This document shows, piece by piece, positions 35,635 through 48,417 of a DNA stretch of 64,000 bases. The DNA is from Isurus oxyrinchus. Taxonomy: Eukaryota. The notes below the pieces were generated by a model. The model made no database searches and was not told where the DNA came from. It saw only the letters and a list, made by a program, of their open reading frames with translations. Numbering within the stretch: position 1 is the stretch's first letter; every line of letters starts with the position of its first letter. Position numbers and translations under genes: made by a program. Location: positions 930,001 through 994,000 of the forward strand of contig JANJGN010000150.1 of NCBI GenBank assembly GCA_026770705.1. The letters are read 5' to 3'.

Positions 35635-36187
35635 AAATACTGAGCAAGTGCTGCAATGTCGGAGGGTCAGTACTTAGGGTGTGCTACACTGTTGGAAGAT
35701 AAAGAGCGAGGGAGTGCTGCTTTATTGGAGGGTCAGCACTGAGGGACTGCTGCAGTGTCACAGGGTCAGTACTGATGGAGCGCTTCACTGTTGGTGGGTC
35801 AGTACTGAGGGAGTGCTGCACTGTCGGCCGGTCAGTACTGAGGGAGTGCTGCTCTGTTGGTGGGTCAGCACTGAGGGAGTGCCGCACTGTCATTGGCCAG
35901 TACTGAGGGAGTGCTGCACTGTCGGAGGGTCAGTACTAAGGGAGTGCTGCACTGTTGGAGGGTCTGAACTGAGGGAGTGCTGCACTGTTGGAGGGTCTGA
36001 ACTGAGGGAGTGCTGCACTGTCAGAGAGTCAGTACTGAGGGAGTGCTGCACTGTTGGAGGGTCTGAACTGAGGGAGTGCTGCAAAGTCGGAGGGTCTGAA
36101 CTGAGGGAGTGCTGCACTGTCAGAGGGTCAGTACTAAGGGAGTGCGGCACTGTCGGAGGGTCTGAAATGAGGAAGTGCTGCACTGTC
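35635..36187. repeat. 33-bp minisatellite (CAGTACTGAGGGAGTGCTGCACTGTCGGAGGGT)n
   Basis: Gives 11-aa TDPPTVQHSLS repeat ORFs; SINE-like unit. Confidence 0.92.
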
Positions 36188-37424
36188 CAAAGAATATTGT
36201 ACAATTGAACAAAATTGCATCTGATGCCTGTGTCTCATGCACACATGAAGTTCATGCACACAACAGGAATATTTCTCACTGTTTCTGAGCAGCAAGGCAG
36301 CCTTCATATCGCACCACCCACTGGCAAGTGTGTGCAGCTACAATGTGACATGTTTACATTGGAAATTTCTATTACAAAGATGGTCACAGGAATTCATCTG
36401 ATTGGCAAACGTGACAACAGGCAGCTATGTCTTTGAGCCAAGAATTTGGCAGCAAAATAAGAATTTTAATCTATAAATATCTACAGAACAGGCTGAGAAT
36501 TTTAATCACTTGAGTTAATCAATATAATTTTATTCATAACCCAAATGCTTCTTACAATCTATCGCAGCATGAAAAAGGTGCAGCATTCAGAAAGCACATT
36601 CCAATCAGAGAACAGAGTTTAGCAACGTCACATTTCTGTTCATTCCTATTCGACCATGTTGGCTGCACACAGCCAGACAATGCCGTAGTTATGATGTGTC
36701 CACACAGCAGGACTGGGGTGCACCAGGTATAAGGAAAAGTTTCAGCTTGCTGAGGAGAAGAAGGAGAATCTCTCGTTCCAGGTTTCTCTCCATACATTAA
36801 GAAGCAGGCATGCCGATGTTTCATTGCACTCTGTCTGCTGATGGGAGTCCGCTTGGAAATTGCTGTTTGTGCTGATGGAAAGAATAAGGATAATATCAGT
36901 GGAGAGGAAGACAGGGTTAACGTTTCGAGTCCGTATGACTCTTCATCAGACCAGAGGTTTGAGTTCACTGGCTTCTCATTTCCTCAGTGATCTGGGTGAT
37001 TTATCACCTTGTGGTTTGTTGGATCTTGCTGTGCACAAACTGCCTGCTGTGTTTTACATCTGTGACTACAATTCAAGAATAATTTCATTGGCTGTGAAGG
37101 GATTTGGATCCTCCTGAGGTGGTAAATTGCGCTGCAGAAATGCACATCTTTCTTTTATCGATACGTCAGACTTTTAAACAGGACAGGAGAGATTGATGGG
37201 AGTGGATAACCTGATAATACAGTTAATGTTTTTCATCATTGATATTAAAGTGAGTATTAGAGGTTGCTTTAGAACTGAACTGGAAGCAATCACCAAGTTA
37301 TTGAGAATCAGACAGTGTGATATAATAAGCTGTGTTTTGTGTTAATATGTAAACGTCACAGTTTGTGTTATTTCCCATTGAGTGTTGAATGTGAATTGTT
37401 GAGTAATTATAACACAGCACTTAC

Positions 37425-37793
37425 CAGAAACGTGAAGCTGGGTTACAGGGTAATAGTTATAGCTCGGACCATTGTCAAGTTCTATTCTGAAAAAATAAGG
37501 TCCTGCATCTTCCCGTCTGATGTTGTTTATAATCAGGGAACAGTCGCCATCTTTCAGGTCTCCAGACAGCCGGGTCCGATGGTGGAACCGTGGTAACTCG
37601 TGACTGTGATCCTTGGAGTGAAAGGCAATGGGAGCCCAGGGAATCTGTTCCTCATTATTAAACCAGACTCCACCTCGCGGTCGGTTTTCCAAATGTGCTG
37701 GATAACTGTAATGACATGGAATCTGTACACACAAACCTTCCTGCACTGTCACCTCTCGTGGAGTGTCGCCTTTTCACTCTTGTGACAGTCCAA
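37425..37793 (-). pseudogene. Orphan V-set pseudo-exon V8 (Trp>stop at QEW)
   Basis: GAG TGA AAA in place of GAG TGG AAA; no leader exon upstream and no C2 downstream. Confidence 0.85.
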
Positions 37794-38970
37794 CTGGGGA
37801 GAGAAATATCAATATTTAACTCTGGATGGTTTGTAGATCCACGAGACTCGATATCCACCCCCTCCATTACTGGTGCACAGTGGCTGCAGTGTGGACCATC
37901 TACAGGACACACAAGGAACTCCCCAAAGTTTCATAATGGATGGAAGAGAATCCTGGACACAGGAGTGGACAAGTTCATTCTACATTGGCTCATGGTCCTC
38001 AGGACCCTGTTTAGTGAAGCCAGTCTTCCACCCAACACAGTGTCTACAAGACACACAGGGAAACTATGTAAACATCTCATCTCTCTAAACTGACTGGTTT
38101 GTCTTCGGTTTAACTTTCAGTTATTTTACTTCCTTATTGTGTTGCTATGGTGAAACTGTGCAGGAAGTGTGAGGGCTGGACTCTCTGTCTATTCTCACTG
38201 CAGCTGTGATGTGGTCGTGGTGATTCTCAGTAAAATGAAACCCCCTGAGCTCCTCCATCCTTGAGGTTTAGGGAGTGAATTCCAGAGCTCAGGCCCCAGG
38301 CAGCTGAAGGCCCAGCCGCCAGTATTGGAGTGATGGGAATCGGGGGATGGTCAAGAGGCCGGAATTGGAGTAACACAGAGATCTGGGACGTTGGTTGGGA
38401 GAGAAGCAGGAGGTTACAGAGATAAGGAGGCAGTGTGAGGCAATGGAGGCATTTGAACAAAGAGATCTGAATTTTAAGTTTGAGATGTTGTAGGACCAGG
38501 AGTCAGAGAGCTTAGTGGTGATGGGTGAATGGGACTTGGTGTGAGTTTGTACACTGGGTCACTGCTGAATCGGTTCCCAATCACAGCCCAATAACAGAAT
38601 CAGATAAGGAGGAGTTGGGACCGGTTATTGTTCGAAGGGCTAGCTTTCAGGAAGCTTCTTAAAGGGAGAGAGAGAGTTGGAGATGTAGAGAGTATCTGTG
38701 AGTGCCTCTATGCATCTGAGTGTCTGTAATAGACTTTGTAATTTCCATATTCTTTCATAAATATGAATGGGAACACAAATCCCAGAATCCAGGCCAACTC
38801 TCCAGTGCAGTACTCAGGTAAACCACAGGGGAGTGTGTTTGTTCATGAGTGTGTCTTTGTATGTGCTCATACTTATGTGTGTATGCACGTTTCTATTTAG
38901 TTCTGTATATTTGAGGGTATTCGTGTAATGTTTGAATCTGAGAGAGATGTTGAAGTCTGTGTACACTCAC

Positions 38971-39123
38971 GTTCCACAGTGATGGTTATGAACCCATCCA
39001 CTGCTCCATGTTCATTCTCTGCCACAAACTGATAGTCTCCAGTGTCCCTGGATGTAATGTGAGGAATCACCAACCACAGCTCATTGTTGGAACTTTTTCT
39101 GTTCATTTGGACATTAAGATGTC
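38971..39123 (-). pseudogene. Gene E: 5'-truncated stalk Ig exon, F-strand Cys>Phe
   Basis: ...NELWLVIPHITSRDTGDYQFVAENEHG; homology stops at 39123. Confidence 0.8.
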
Positions 39124-39446
39124 AGGGCAGGAATCAAGAAGCCCGTTCGCAGGATTACCAAAAGAAAGTGAATAACAATTTATACTTAATGGGAAGAGAC
39201 TGCTGATTGGTTGGCAAGTGGTCTCTGATAGGTGGAGGTGTTGGCATGGAGAATGGTGTGTGCGAGATGTAAACTTTAGACAGCTTGTCTCTTCATTCAG
39301 CAATAATCAAATAAAGATCAATTAACTTCTATCGACTGTGAAGCACTTTGAGAGGACTGAGAATGTGGACACTGAGAACGGGCTGCACTGTCAGAGGGTC
39401 AGCGCTGAGGGAGTGCTGATGTAGAATGAAGGGTGTCAGTACTAAC

Positions 39447-39743
39447 CTTGCACAGTTAGTACGAGGGTCTGCTCCGATGAAACAGATGGATATCTCACTC
39501 TGCAGCTGAGTGTGTGTCCGTGGTGTTTGAGTGATGGGATCAGGGTCAGAACAGAAGTATAGGACAGAGTGACACCATGCTGAGTTACAGTGTTTGAGAC
39601 TGATCCAGGTACGTCAGTGGGAGTGTCCCAGGTTAAGACAGGTGCTGCTGTTCCATTGCACGTTGTGTTGAAGGTGCAGCTTACATCCACAGGCTTTCCT
39701 GCAATAATTTCAGCAGGGAATATCATGGGTTTATCTGTGAAAC
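39447..39743 (-). CDS. Gene E: Siglec D2 C2-set exon
   Basis: 297 nt, open; donor CAAG|gttagt. Confidence 0.85.
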
Positions 39744-40602
39744 CTAACAGACAGAAAATGGATCCTTTTAGAGAAATATAACGTGAAGCATCAGTTCAAA
39801 TAGAAATCACAGTCCCACAAGAGAAAGCACTTTTACAAGGATGATATCAGAACTGAGAGATTACAATGATCAGGAGAGAATTTCCTGCTTTGAGACTTTG
39901 GTGTTTCTGTCTCTCAGCTTAATACACGTTCACTCCAAGACATGTGAATTGAGAACACTGGATGAGAGAAGAGGCTCAGACCAGAGATTGGAGTTAAAAG
40001 CAGAATACTGCGGATGCTGGAAATCTGAAACAAAAACAAAAATTACTGGAAAGACTCAGCAGGTCTGACAGTATCAGTGGAGAAGAAGACAGGGTTAACG
40101 TTTCGAGTCTGTATGACTCTTCATCAGACCAGAGGTTTGAGTTCACTGGCTTCTCATTTCCTTAGTGATCTGGGTGATTTATTACATTGTGGTTTGTTGG
40201 ATCTTGCTGTGCACAAACTGACTGCTGTGTTTTACATCAGTGACTACAATTCAAGAATAATTTCATTGGCTGTGAAGGGATTTGGATCCTCCTGAGGTGG
40301 TAAATTGCGCTGCAGAAATGCACATCTTTCTTTTATTAATACGTCAGACTTTTAAACAGGACAGGAGAGATTGATGGGAATGGATTACCTGATAATACAG
40401 TTAATGCTTTTCGTTATTGATATTAAAGTGTGTATTAGAGGTTGCTTTAGGACTGAACTGGAAGTTATCACCAGGTTATTGAGAATCAGACATTGTGTTA
40501 TAATAAGCTGTGTTTTGTGTTAATATGTAAACGTCACAGTTTGTGTTATTTCCCATTGAGTGTTGAATGTGAATTGTTGAGTAATTATAACACAGCACTT
40601 AC

Positions 40603-40977
40603 CAGAAATGTGAAGCTGGGTTACAGGATAGTAGCTGTAACTATTCCTGCTGTCAAATTCTATTCTTAACAAATAAGGTCCTGCATCTTCCCGTCTGATG
40701 TTGTTTATAATCAGGGAACAGTCGCCATCTTTCAGGTCTCCAGACAGCCGGGTCCGATGGTGGAATCTTTGATCCCTGTGACTGTGACCCTCAGAGTGAA
40801 AGGCTATAGACCGTTTCGGCTGTGGGTTCCCATCTATTCCTTTCAACCAGATTCCGACACGTGATCTCCCTACGAAATTTGATAAGTAACTGTAATGACA
40901 TGGAATCTGTACACAGGAACCTTCCTGCGCTGTCACCTCTCGTGGAGTGTCACCTTTCCACTCTTGTGACAGTCCAA
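40603..40977 (-). CDS. Gene E: divergent V-set exon V9 (375 nt)
   Basis: YSYLSNFVGRSRVGIWLKGIDGNPQPKRSIAF...YLLRIEFDSRNSYSY; Arg kept. Confidence 0.87.
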
Positions 40978-41678
40978 CTGGGGAGAGAAATATCAATATT
41001 TAACTCTGGAAGGTTTGTAGATCCACTAGACTCGATATCCACCCTCTCCATCACTGGGGCACAGTGGCTGCAGTGTGGACCATCTACAGGACACACAAGG
41101 AACTCCCCAAGGTTTCACAATGGATGGAAGAGAATCCTGGACACAGGAGTGGACAAGTTCATTCTACATTGGCTCATGGTCCTCAGGGACCCTGTTTAGT
41201 GAAGCCAGTCTTCCACCCAACACAGTGTCTACAAGACACACAGGGAAACTGTGTAAACATCTCATCTCTCTACACTGACTGGTTTGAGCTTCGGTTTAAC
41301 TTTCAGTATTTTTAAATTTCCATATTGTGGTTGCTATGGTGAAACTGTGCAGGAAGTGCGAGGGCTGGACTCTCTGTCTATTTTCACTGCAGCTGTGACG
41401 TGGTCGTGGTGATTCTCAGTAAAATGAAACCCTCTCATCTCCTCCATCCCCGAGGTTTAGGGAGTGAATTCCAGAGCTCAGGCCCCAGGCAGCTGAAGGC
41501 CCGGCCGCCAGTATTGGAGTGATGGGAATCGGGGGATGGTCAAGAGGCCGGAATTGGAGTAACACAGAGATCTGGGACGTTGGTTGGGAGAGTTGCAGGA
41601 GGTTATGGAGATAGAGATAAGAATGATCTTTTACAAAGACTGTTAAACATAAATCTTCCAAGCTGACGATGATATTAC

Positions 41679-41758
41679 CTTGGAGAAGTGACAGGAGGAA
41701 GTAAGATTTCCCGATCATCGTCCACTCCCAGATATTCCATCCACTTCTCACTCTCAAG
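41679..41758 (-). CDS. Gene E: leader exon (CDS 41679-41718)
   Basis: MIGKSYFLLSLLQ, donor gtaat. Confidence 0.83.
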
Positions 41759-42168
41759 CTGTGAAAGAGAAAGGAGTTAATGAGACCTCACCTCTTGTCC
41801 GACAGCACTCAAGAGATCAGAACTGCTTTGAGACAATGTCTTCACAGACTAATTTGATTCTCTGTGGGATGATAGGTGCTCTGCAGAGAGTTACAAGGCT
41901 TTAAGAAAGAAGAACAATGAAGGATTTGCATTCCTATAGCACCGTTCACCACCTCAGCGCATTCCAAAGCTCATGTCCCTGCTCTTCCCTCATCCCCTGA
42001 GCTAGAAAGATGTTCTGTACAACAGACTTGAGCCTCACATCCAGATCTCAATAATCAGTAGGAATCTTTCAAAGGCATCAATCATTGGAATCTGTCTTTA
42101 TAAAGTCACAACATCAACAAAGGACGGTGTTGGTGGTGGAAGTGAATTCCAATCGTTCCGTTACTTAC

Positions 42169-42312
42169 CCAGGACCTGTCCGACTGCTTGCCTGGGGAGG
42201 AACTGCCCACACGCTCTGCTTGGGCTGAATGACCTCTTCCTGTGCTGCTCCCTCTGTGTATTTAATTAGAAAGGATTGATGTGTCACTGTGAGACAAAAT
42301 GAGGAAGTTGGA
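42169..42312 (-). promoter_or_regulatory. Gene E: exon 1/promoter
   Basis: Conserved cassette with donor and GAGGAAGT. Confidence 0.6.
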
Positions 42313-42537
42313 TCAAAGTGACAGAGCAACTCATGTTTTGAGATGTTGGTGAGCTGTTAACCGTTTGTGCCCTGACCCTGTGGTGATATTTCTGCTCACA
42401 GGTGGACAGTCATTGACCAGGAGTTTCTCCTGTGGGTCAGTGGGTTTCACAGCCGAATTCAGGGGGTCAGAATGTTGTGGGGTTCAAGACCCGATTCAGG
42501 GGACGTCTGCCCCACAGAGTACACTGAAATTCCCCAG

Positions 42538-42845
42538 TGTCAGTACTGAGGGAGTGCTGCACTGTCGGATGGTCATTACTGAGCGAGTGTTGCACTATTG
42601 TAAGGTCAGTACTGAGGGAGATCTCCACTATTGGAGGGTCAGTACTGAGGGAGATCTCCACTGTTTGAGGGTCAGTAATGAGGGAGTGCTGCACTGTCAG
42701 AGGGACATTAATCAGGGAGTGCTGCACTGTTGGAGGGTCAGTACTGAGGGAGTGCTGCACTGTCAGAGGGACATTAATCAGGGAGTGCTGCACTGTTGGA
42801 GGATCAGTACTGAGGGAGTGCCGCACTGTTGAAGGGTCAGTATTA
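42538..42845. repeat. 33-bp SINE-like minisatellite
   Basis: Same unit as 35635-36187. Confidence 0.9.
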
Positions 42846-42926
42846 AGGTGCTGATTTGCAAGACAGGACAATGGATTAGGAGCCCTCAGAACTCCCCCCG
42901 TGATTTCCAATCATTCTGTTACTTAC

Positions 42927-43068
42927 CCAGGACCTGTCCGACTGCTCGCCTGGGGAGGAACTGCCCACACGCTCTGCTTGGGCTGAATGACCTCTTCCTG
43001 TGCTGCTCCCTCTGTGTGTTTAATTAGAAAGGGTGGATGTGTCTCTGTGAGTCAAAATGAGGATGTGC
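42927..43068 (-). promoter_or_regulatory. Second, upstream copy of the exon 1/promoter cassette
   Basis: Donor intact; ETS core changed to GAGGATGT. Confidence 0.5.
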
Positions 43069-43169
43069 TTGGTACCAAGTGAGAAAGCAGCTCTTTGCCT
43101 CGCACAGTTAGAAAACTGTTAACCCTTTGCGTGCCAAGAATGTGGTTGAAGGGCTATCGACTGTTCACA

Positions 43170-44680
43170 TGCAACAAGCTTGAGGGACTGAATGGGCCTC
43201 CTCCTGTTCCTGAGTAACAGGCTCGAGGGGCTGAACGGGCCTCCTCCTGTTCCTGTGTAACAGGCTTGAGAGGGCTGAATGGGTCTCCTCCTGTTCCTGT
43301 GTTATAGGCTCAAGGGACTGAATGGGTCTCCTTTTCCTGTGCAACAGGCTCAGGTGGGCTGAATGGCCTCCTTCTCTCACTGTGTACCAGGCTCATGGGG
43401 CTGAGTGGGCCTCCTCCTGTTCCTGTGTAAAAGGCTAAAGGGGCTGAATTGGCCTTCCCCAGTTCCTGTGTACCAGGCTCGAGTACATTAGGAGGATCAT
43501 TGGAAGCAGCATTTCACTTGCACTTCCCTCAATTTAATCTACTGCATTCACTGCTCCCAATGTGGTCTCCTCTACATGGGACAGACCAAACACAGACTGG
43601 GTGATCGCTCTGATGAACACCTTCGGTCTGTCCACAAGCATGACCCAGACCTCCCTGTCGCTTGCCATTTTAACACCCCACCCTGCACTCATGCCCACAT
43701 GTCCGTCCTTGGCCTGCTGCATTGTTCCAGTGAAGCCCAACGCAAACTGGAGGAACAGCACCTCATCTTCCGACCAGGCACTTTACAGCCTTCCGGACTG
43801 AATATTGAGTTCAACAATTTCAGATCATGAACTCTCTCCTCCATCCCCACCCCCTTTCCAATCTCCTTTTTTCCAATAATTGATCATTTTTAATATTTAT
43901 TTTATTTATATATTTTTCTTTTCCCACCTATTTCCATTATTTTTAAATGTTTTACATCTGTTGTTGTATCTCTACCTTTTAGCCTATTTCAATCCTTTCC
44001 CCCCACCCCACCCCCACTAGGACTATCTGTCTCTTGCTCGTCCTGCTTTCTACCCTTAATGTCCCCATTAGCACATTCCTCAGATAATATCACCACCGTC
44101 AACACTCCTTTGTCCTTTTGTCTATCACATCTTTGGCAACCTCTTCTTTGCCTCCACCTATCACTGGCCCACAATCCAGCTCTACCTGCCCCACCCCCTC
44201 TACCAGCTAAAACGTCACCTCATTTCTCAATTTCCTTAGTACTGATGAAGAGTCTTACAGACCCAAAACGTCAAGTGTGTTCCTCTCCGCAGATCCTGTC
44301 AGACCTGCTAAGTTTTTCCAGCTATTTTTGTTTTTGCTCCTGCTCTTGTGGAACAGGCTTGAGTGGCTGAATGGAGCCCCTATTGTTCCTGTGTAACAAG
44401 CTTGTGGAGGCTGAATGGGTCTCCTGTACCTGTGTAACAGGCTCAAGGGGACAGAATGGGCCTCCTCCTGTTCCTGTGTAACAGGCTCGAGGAGGGTGAA
44501 TGGGCCTCCTCCTGTTCCTGTGTAACAGGTTCAAGGGGACAGAATGGGCCTCCTCCTGTTCCTATGTAACAGGCTCAAGGGGACAGAATGGGCCTTCTCC
44601 TGTTCCTGTGTTACAGGCTCAAGGGGACAGATTTGGCCTCCTCCTGTTCCTGTGTAATAGGCTCGAGGAGCTGAATGTCC
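43170..44680. repeat. ~43-bp minisatellite derived from a CR1 3' end, split by a Penelope-like insert
   Basis: GGGCTGAATGGGCCTCCTCCTGTTCCTGTGTAACAGGCTC units at 43170-43480 and 44345-44680. Confidence 0.85.
43490..44337 (+). mobile_element. Penelope-like element 3' fragment (GIY-YIG + terminal repeat)
   Basis: LYMGQTKHRLGDR...GLNIEFNNFRS. Confidence 0.85.
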
Positions 44681-46023
44681 TCCTCTCATTAAAAATAAAC
44701 ACTGCAGATGCTGTAAATCTGAAATAAACACAGAAAATGCTGCATTAACTCAGCAGGTCTGGCAGCAGCTGTGGAGAGAGAAACAGAGTTTTTGCTTTGA
44801 GACTCTGAAGAAGAGTCATACGGACTCGAAATGTTAATTCTGTTTATCTCTGCACAGATGCTGCCAGACCTACTCAGTTTCTCCAGCATTTTCTGTTTTT
44901 ATTTCAGGTGCCCTCTTGCTCCTGTGTAGCAGGCTCGAGGGGGCTGAATGGCCTCCTCCTGTTCCGATTCAATGGGCAGTCAAAGCATGTGTCTGATTTT
45001 GGACCTCGAACCCAAATCTGTCCTCAAATCATTAACAGAGAAAATGACCAGTTACAGATCAATGCAGGAGGATTATTTATTTTCCCAATCTTTGAATCAA
45101 GCATCTCATCAAACACAGAGCGGAACCAGGATCGACTATGTTGGTCTCTGTGATCTGTAACACATCGCACAGTCCACCCATCCAATCAGCCATCAGGATG
45201 GATGCTAAATTTACTCTCCAAGTCTGAAAGACTAAAATGGTGGTTTACTGCAGCTATATCTCATTCTGTTATCAAAGCTGTCTCATCCATCCAATGACAT
45301 ACTGCAGAAAATAAACCTGCAACCAATTTTTCACATCATAGTTTTCAATGTTCATTGGCAACATCAATGTAAACATGTCACGCTGAAATGATGTCCTCCC
45401 ACCAGTGGTGGCACTGTAGCACATCTGTTATCCTCTAAGCTGCAGAGAATTTCACAACTCTCCAATCAAATTGTTTCCCTGTTTCCCAGATTCTTGTTTG
45501 TTTCGCTGTTTAACGATGAAGTGTAAAATCCAAATGTATATCTGAAAATACATTTGACTACAAAATGCTGAGTAAATTTTACCAGTCTCCTCTGCTCCAA
45601 TTATCCACCGATCCTGCATTTCCTGAAGTCTACACTGGCTGATGAATATTCTGTAAACACTGACAGACAGGAAGGTGAATAACAGAATGAAAATTAACTC
45701 ATAATCAAGGACACGGGATTGAATTTGTCCGTTCTGTCCTGGTACATCATCGAACGATACCTAAAGACATTTACAATCAGAATGGAGAGAAGGATGTTTC
45801 CAACTGTGAGGGACAATTCTGAAGGAGGATGTTCGAATTGAAACCCACAGACAACCATCCTGGATAGATCATTCCGAAGAAATTCCATCAGTTTGTAACA
45901 AGAGGTTTAAATCGATTTCCTGGGAGTGAGTTCCTGTGGATATTAGGAAGGTAAATTGGAGTTTTGAATGATTCTCCCGTTCTGTATTCTCCCCACACTG
46001 TGTGTGTCTCATTCTTGCTCAGT

Positions 46024-46140
46024 TTATAAATTCCCATAAACAGAATCCTTGGCAAATTCACAGTTTGCGTAAAGATCATCATCTGTATCAGGATTGACTC
46101 CGCGGTTAGATTTCATTTCCAGAACCTTCTCATCTTTCTT
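46024..46140 (-). CDS. Gene C: terminal cytoplasmic exon KKDEKVLEMKSNRGVNPDTDDDLYANCEFAKDSVYGNL*
   Basis: tttctattacag acceptor, phase 0; two Tyr motifs preceded by acidic residues. Confidence 0.72.
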   Translation of the reverse strand, partial: KKDEKVLEMKSNRGVNPDTDDDLYANCEFAKDSVYGNL

Positions 46141-46237
46141 CTGTAATAGAAACAGAAATGATCAGAGTGACAATCAGAGTGATCAGTGTTTAGTATTATT
46201 GAACCAAATCGAAAATTCCACCCACAATAGATACATT

Positions 46238-46880
46238 AATTATTGATACTGAACAGGGTTTGATTATTGATACTGAACGGGGTTTGATTATTGATACTGA
46301 ACGGTGTTTGATTATTGATTCTGAACGGGGTTTGATTATTGATACTGAACGGGGTTTGATTATTGATTCTGAACGGGGTTTGATTATTGATACTGAACGG
46401 GGTTTGATTATTGATTCTGAACGGGGTTTGATTATTGATACTGAACGGGGTTTGATTTTTAATTCTGAACGGGGTTTGATTATTGATACTGAACAGGTTT
46501 TGATATTGATTCTGAACGGTGTTTGATTATTGATCCTGAACGGAGTTTGATTATTGATACTGAATGGGGTTTGATTATTGATACTAAATGGGGTTTGATT
46601 CTTGATTCTGAACTGGGTTTGACTATTGATTCTGAACGGGGTTTGATTATTGATACTGAACGGGGTTTGATTATTGATTCTGAACGGGGTTTGATTATTG
46701 ATTCTGAATGGGGTTTGATTATTGATACTGAACGGGGTTTGATTATTGATACTGAACGGGGTTTGATTATTGATTCTGAACGGGGTTTGATTATTGATTC
46801 TGAACGGGGTTTGATTATTGATTCTGAACAGGGTTTGATTATTGATACTGAACGGGGTTTGATTATTGATTCTGAACGGT
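46238..46880. repeat. 24-bp minisatellite (TTTGATTATTGAT[A/T]CTGAACGGGG), ~26 copies, in the last intron of gene C
   Basis: Direct inspection; 8-aa periodic ORFs. Confidence 0.95.
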
Positions 46881-47012
46881 GTTGGGTGTGAGTTTGTTTG
46901 GGTTTGGGAGTGACTGTCTAAAACATTGCAGATACAGGACTGGAGCAGCCATATCAATAACCAGGCTACTGGAGCACCTGAGAGGCTGGGGATCCTGTGG
47001 TGTGTGACTCAC

Positions 47013-47114
47013 CTGATTCCTCAAAGCCCAACCACGCTCACAGTTTTCATAAACAGGACCTCGATATTCATCAGCACGATGGTTCGATTTGATTCCTGCT
47101 TTCCCCTCGCCTCT
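47013..47114 (-). CDS. Gene C: first cytoplasmic exon RGEGKAGIKSNHRADEYRGPVYENCERGWALRNQ
   Basis: Donor CAG|gtgagt; polypyrimidine tract then first AG (ttcggaag); phase 0-0. Confidence 0.65.
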
Positions 47115-47628
47115 CTTCCGAAATAGAGATGGAAATGGACAGAGTGACAATCAACATGATGTGTATTCGGTGTTGGGTTTGATTATTGGGGAGAGAGTTC
47201 CAGATTTCCACTCCCCTTTGTGTGAAGAAGTACTTCCTGACATCACCCCTGAACGGCCTGGCTCCAACCTGAAGTTCCAGCCCCCTTGTTCTGGACTCCA
47301 CCCAACCCCCACCACCCACCCCCACCCGAGGGAATAGCTTCTCTCTATTGACCCTATCGAGTGTTTAATCAGTTTGAACCCCTCAGTTAGATCCCTCTTT
47401 AATCTTCTAGACCCGAGGGAATATAATCGTAGACTGTGTGTAACCTGTCTGCATAATTTAACCAGAAAGATGTTCTGTACAACAGACCTGAGCCTCACAC
47501 CCAGATCTCAATAATCAGTAGAAATCTTTCAAAGGCATCAATCATTGGAATCTCTCTTTATAAAGTCACAACATCAACAAAGGACGGTGTTGGTCGTGGA
47601 AGTGAATTCCAATCGTTCCGTTACTTAC

Positions 47629-47770
47629 CCAGGACCTGTCCGACAGCTCGCCTGGGGAGGAACTGCCCACACGCTCTGCTTGGGCTGAATGACCTCTTCC
47701 TGTGCTGCTCTCTCTGTGTATTTAATGAGAAAGGGTTGATGTGTCACTGTGAGTCAAATCAGGAATTGGG
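47629..47770 (-). promoter_or_regulatory. Ectopic copy of the exon 1/promoter cassette inside a gene C intron
   Basis: 47465-47770 matches 10380-10690; donor intact. Confidence 0.5.
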
Positions 47771-48417
47771 GAACAATTGTGAAAACCCTTTCATTGAAAC
47801 GTAGGGCCTTAGTGTTGTGTTGTAAACAAACTGTTAACCCTTTGTGTCCTGACTCTGTGACGCGATTCCTGTGTAAAGCTGAGCAGTCGTTGAGCGAGTT
47901 TCAATTCACTGCTCACTCCAGGTGTTGAGGTGGATCTTCTGAAGGAACAGATGTTGCTCAGCGCTCCTTAAAAACGTGAGAGACTGAACAATGTGTAAGA
48001 GGACGAGAAAAAGAATGAGAAGGAGAGCATTAGTGGAGATTGGAGAGAGAGTGAATGAGAGAGAGAATGAGAAGGCGTGCATTAGTGGAGATAAGAGAGA
48101 GTGAATGAAACATGGAAAAAGGAAAGAGATTGCATTCACTAACAAAAGAAAGGTTTTCATTTATATAGCTCCTTTCACATCCTCAGTAGGTCACAAGGTA
48201 TCTTATGGTCCGGGTCAACACTGCCAGTTACAGGACTGAGTTGTGAAACAGTGAATGTTGGATGAGATGTTAAACAGTAGGTGAAAATCAAAACTCTTCA
48301 GGGGCTGTGACGGGTTCTGGGTTGTGAAAGGTGCTATAGAAATGCAAGTTCTTTCTATAAGGAGAGAACTTTGAAGAAAACATTTTCAAAAACAACCAAT
48401 TAAACCTTCACACTTAC

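Noticed and set aside
35681-36208. TDPPTVQHSLS / VLRECCTVGGS repeat proteins (also 42.5, 50.4, 57.7 kb)
   Set aside because: Translations of a 33-bp minisatellite that is open in several frames on both strands.
46196-46957. 253-aa NNQTPF/IIKPRS repeat ORF and a CRISPR-like look
   Set aside because: A contiguous 24-bp minisatellite without spacers in a eukaryotic intron; the ORF is a by-product.
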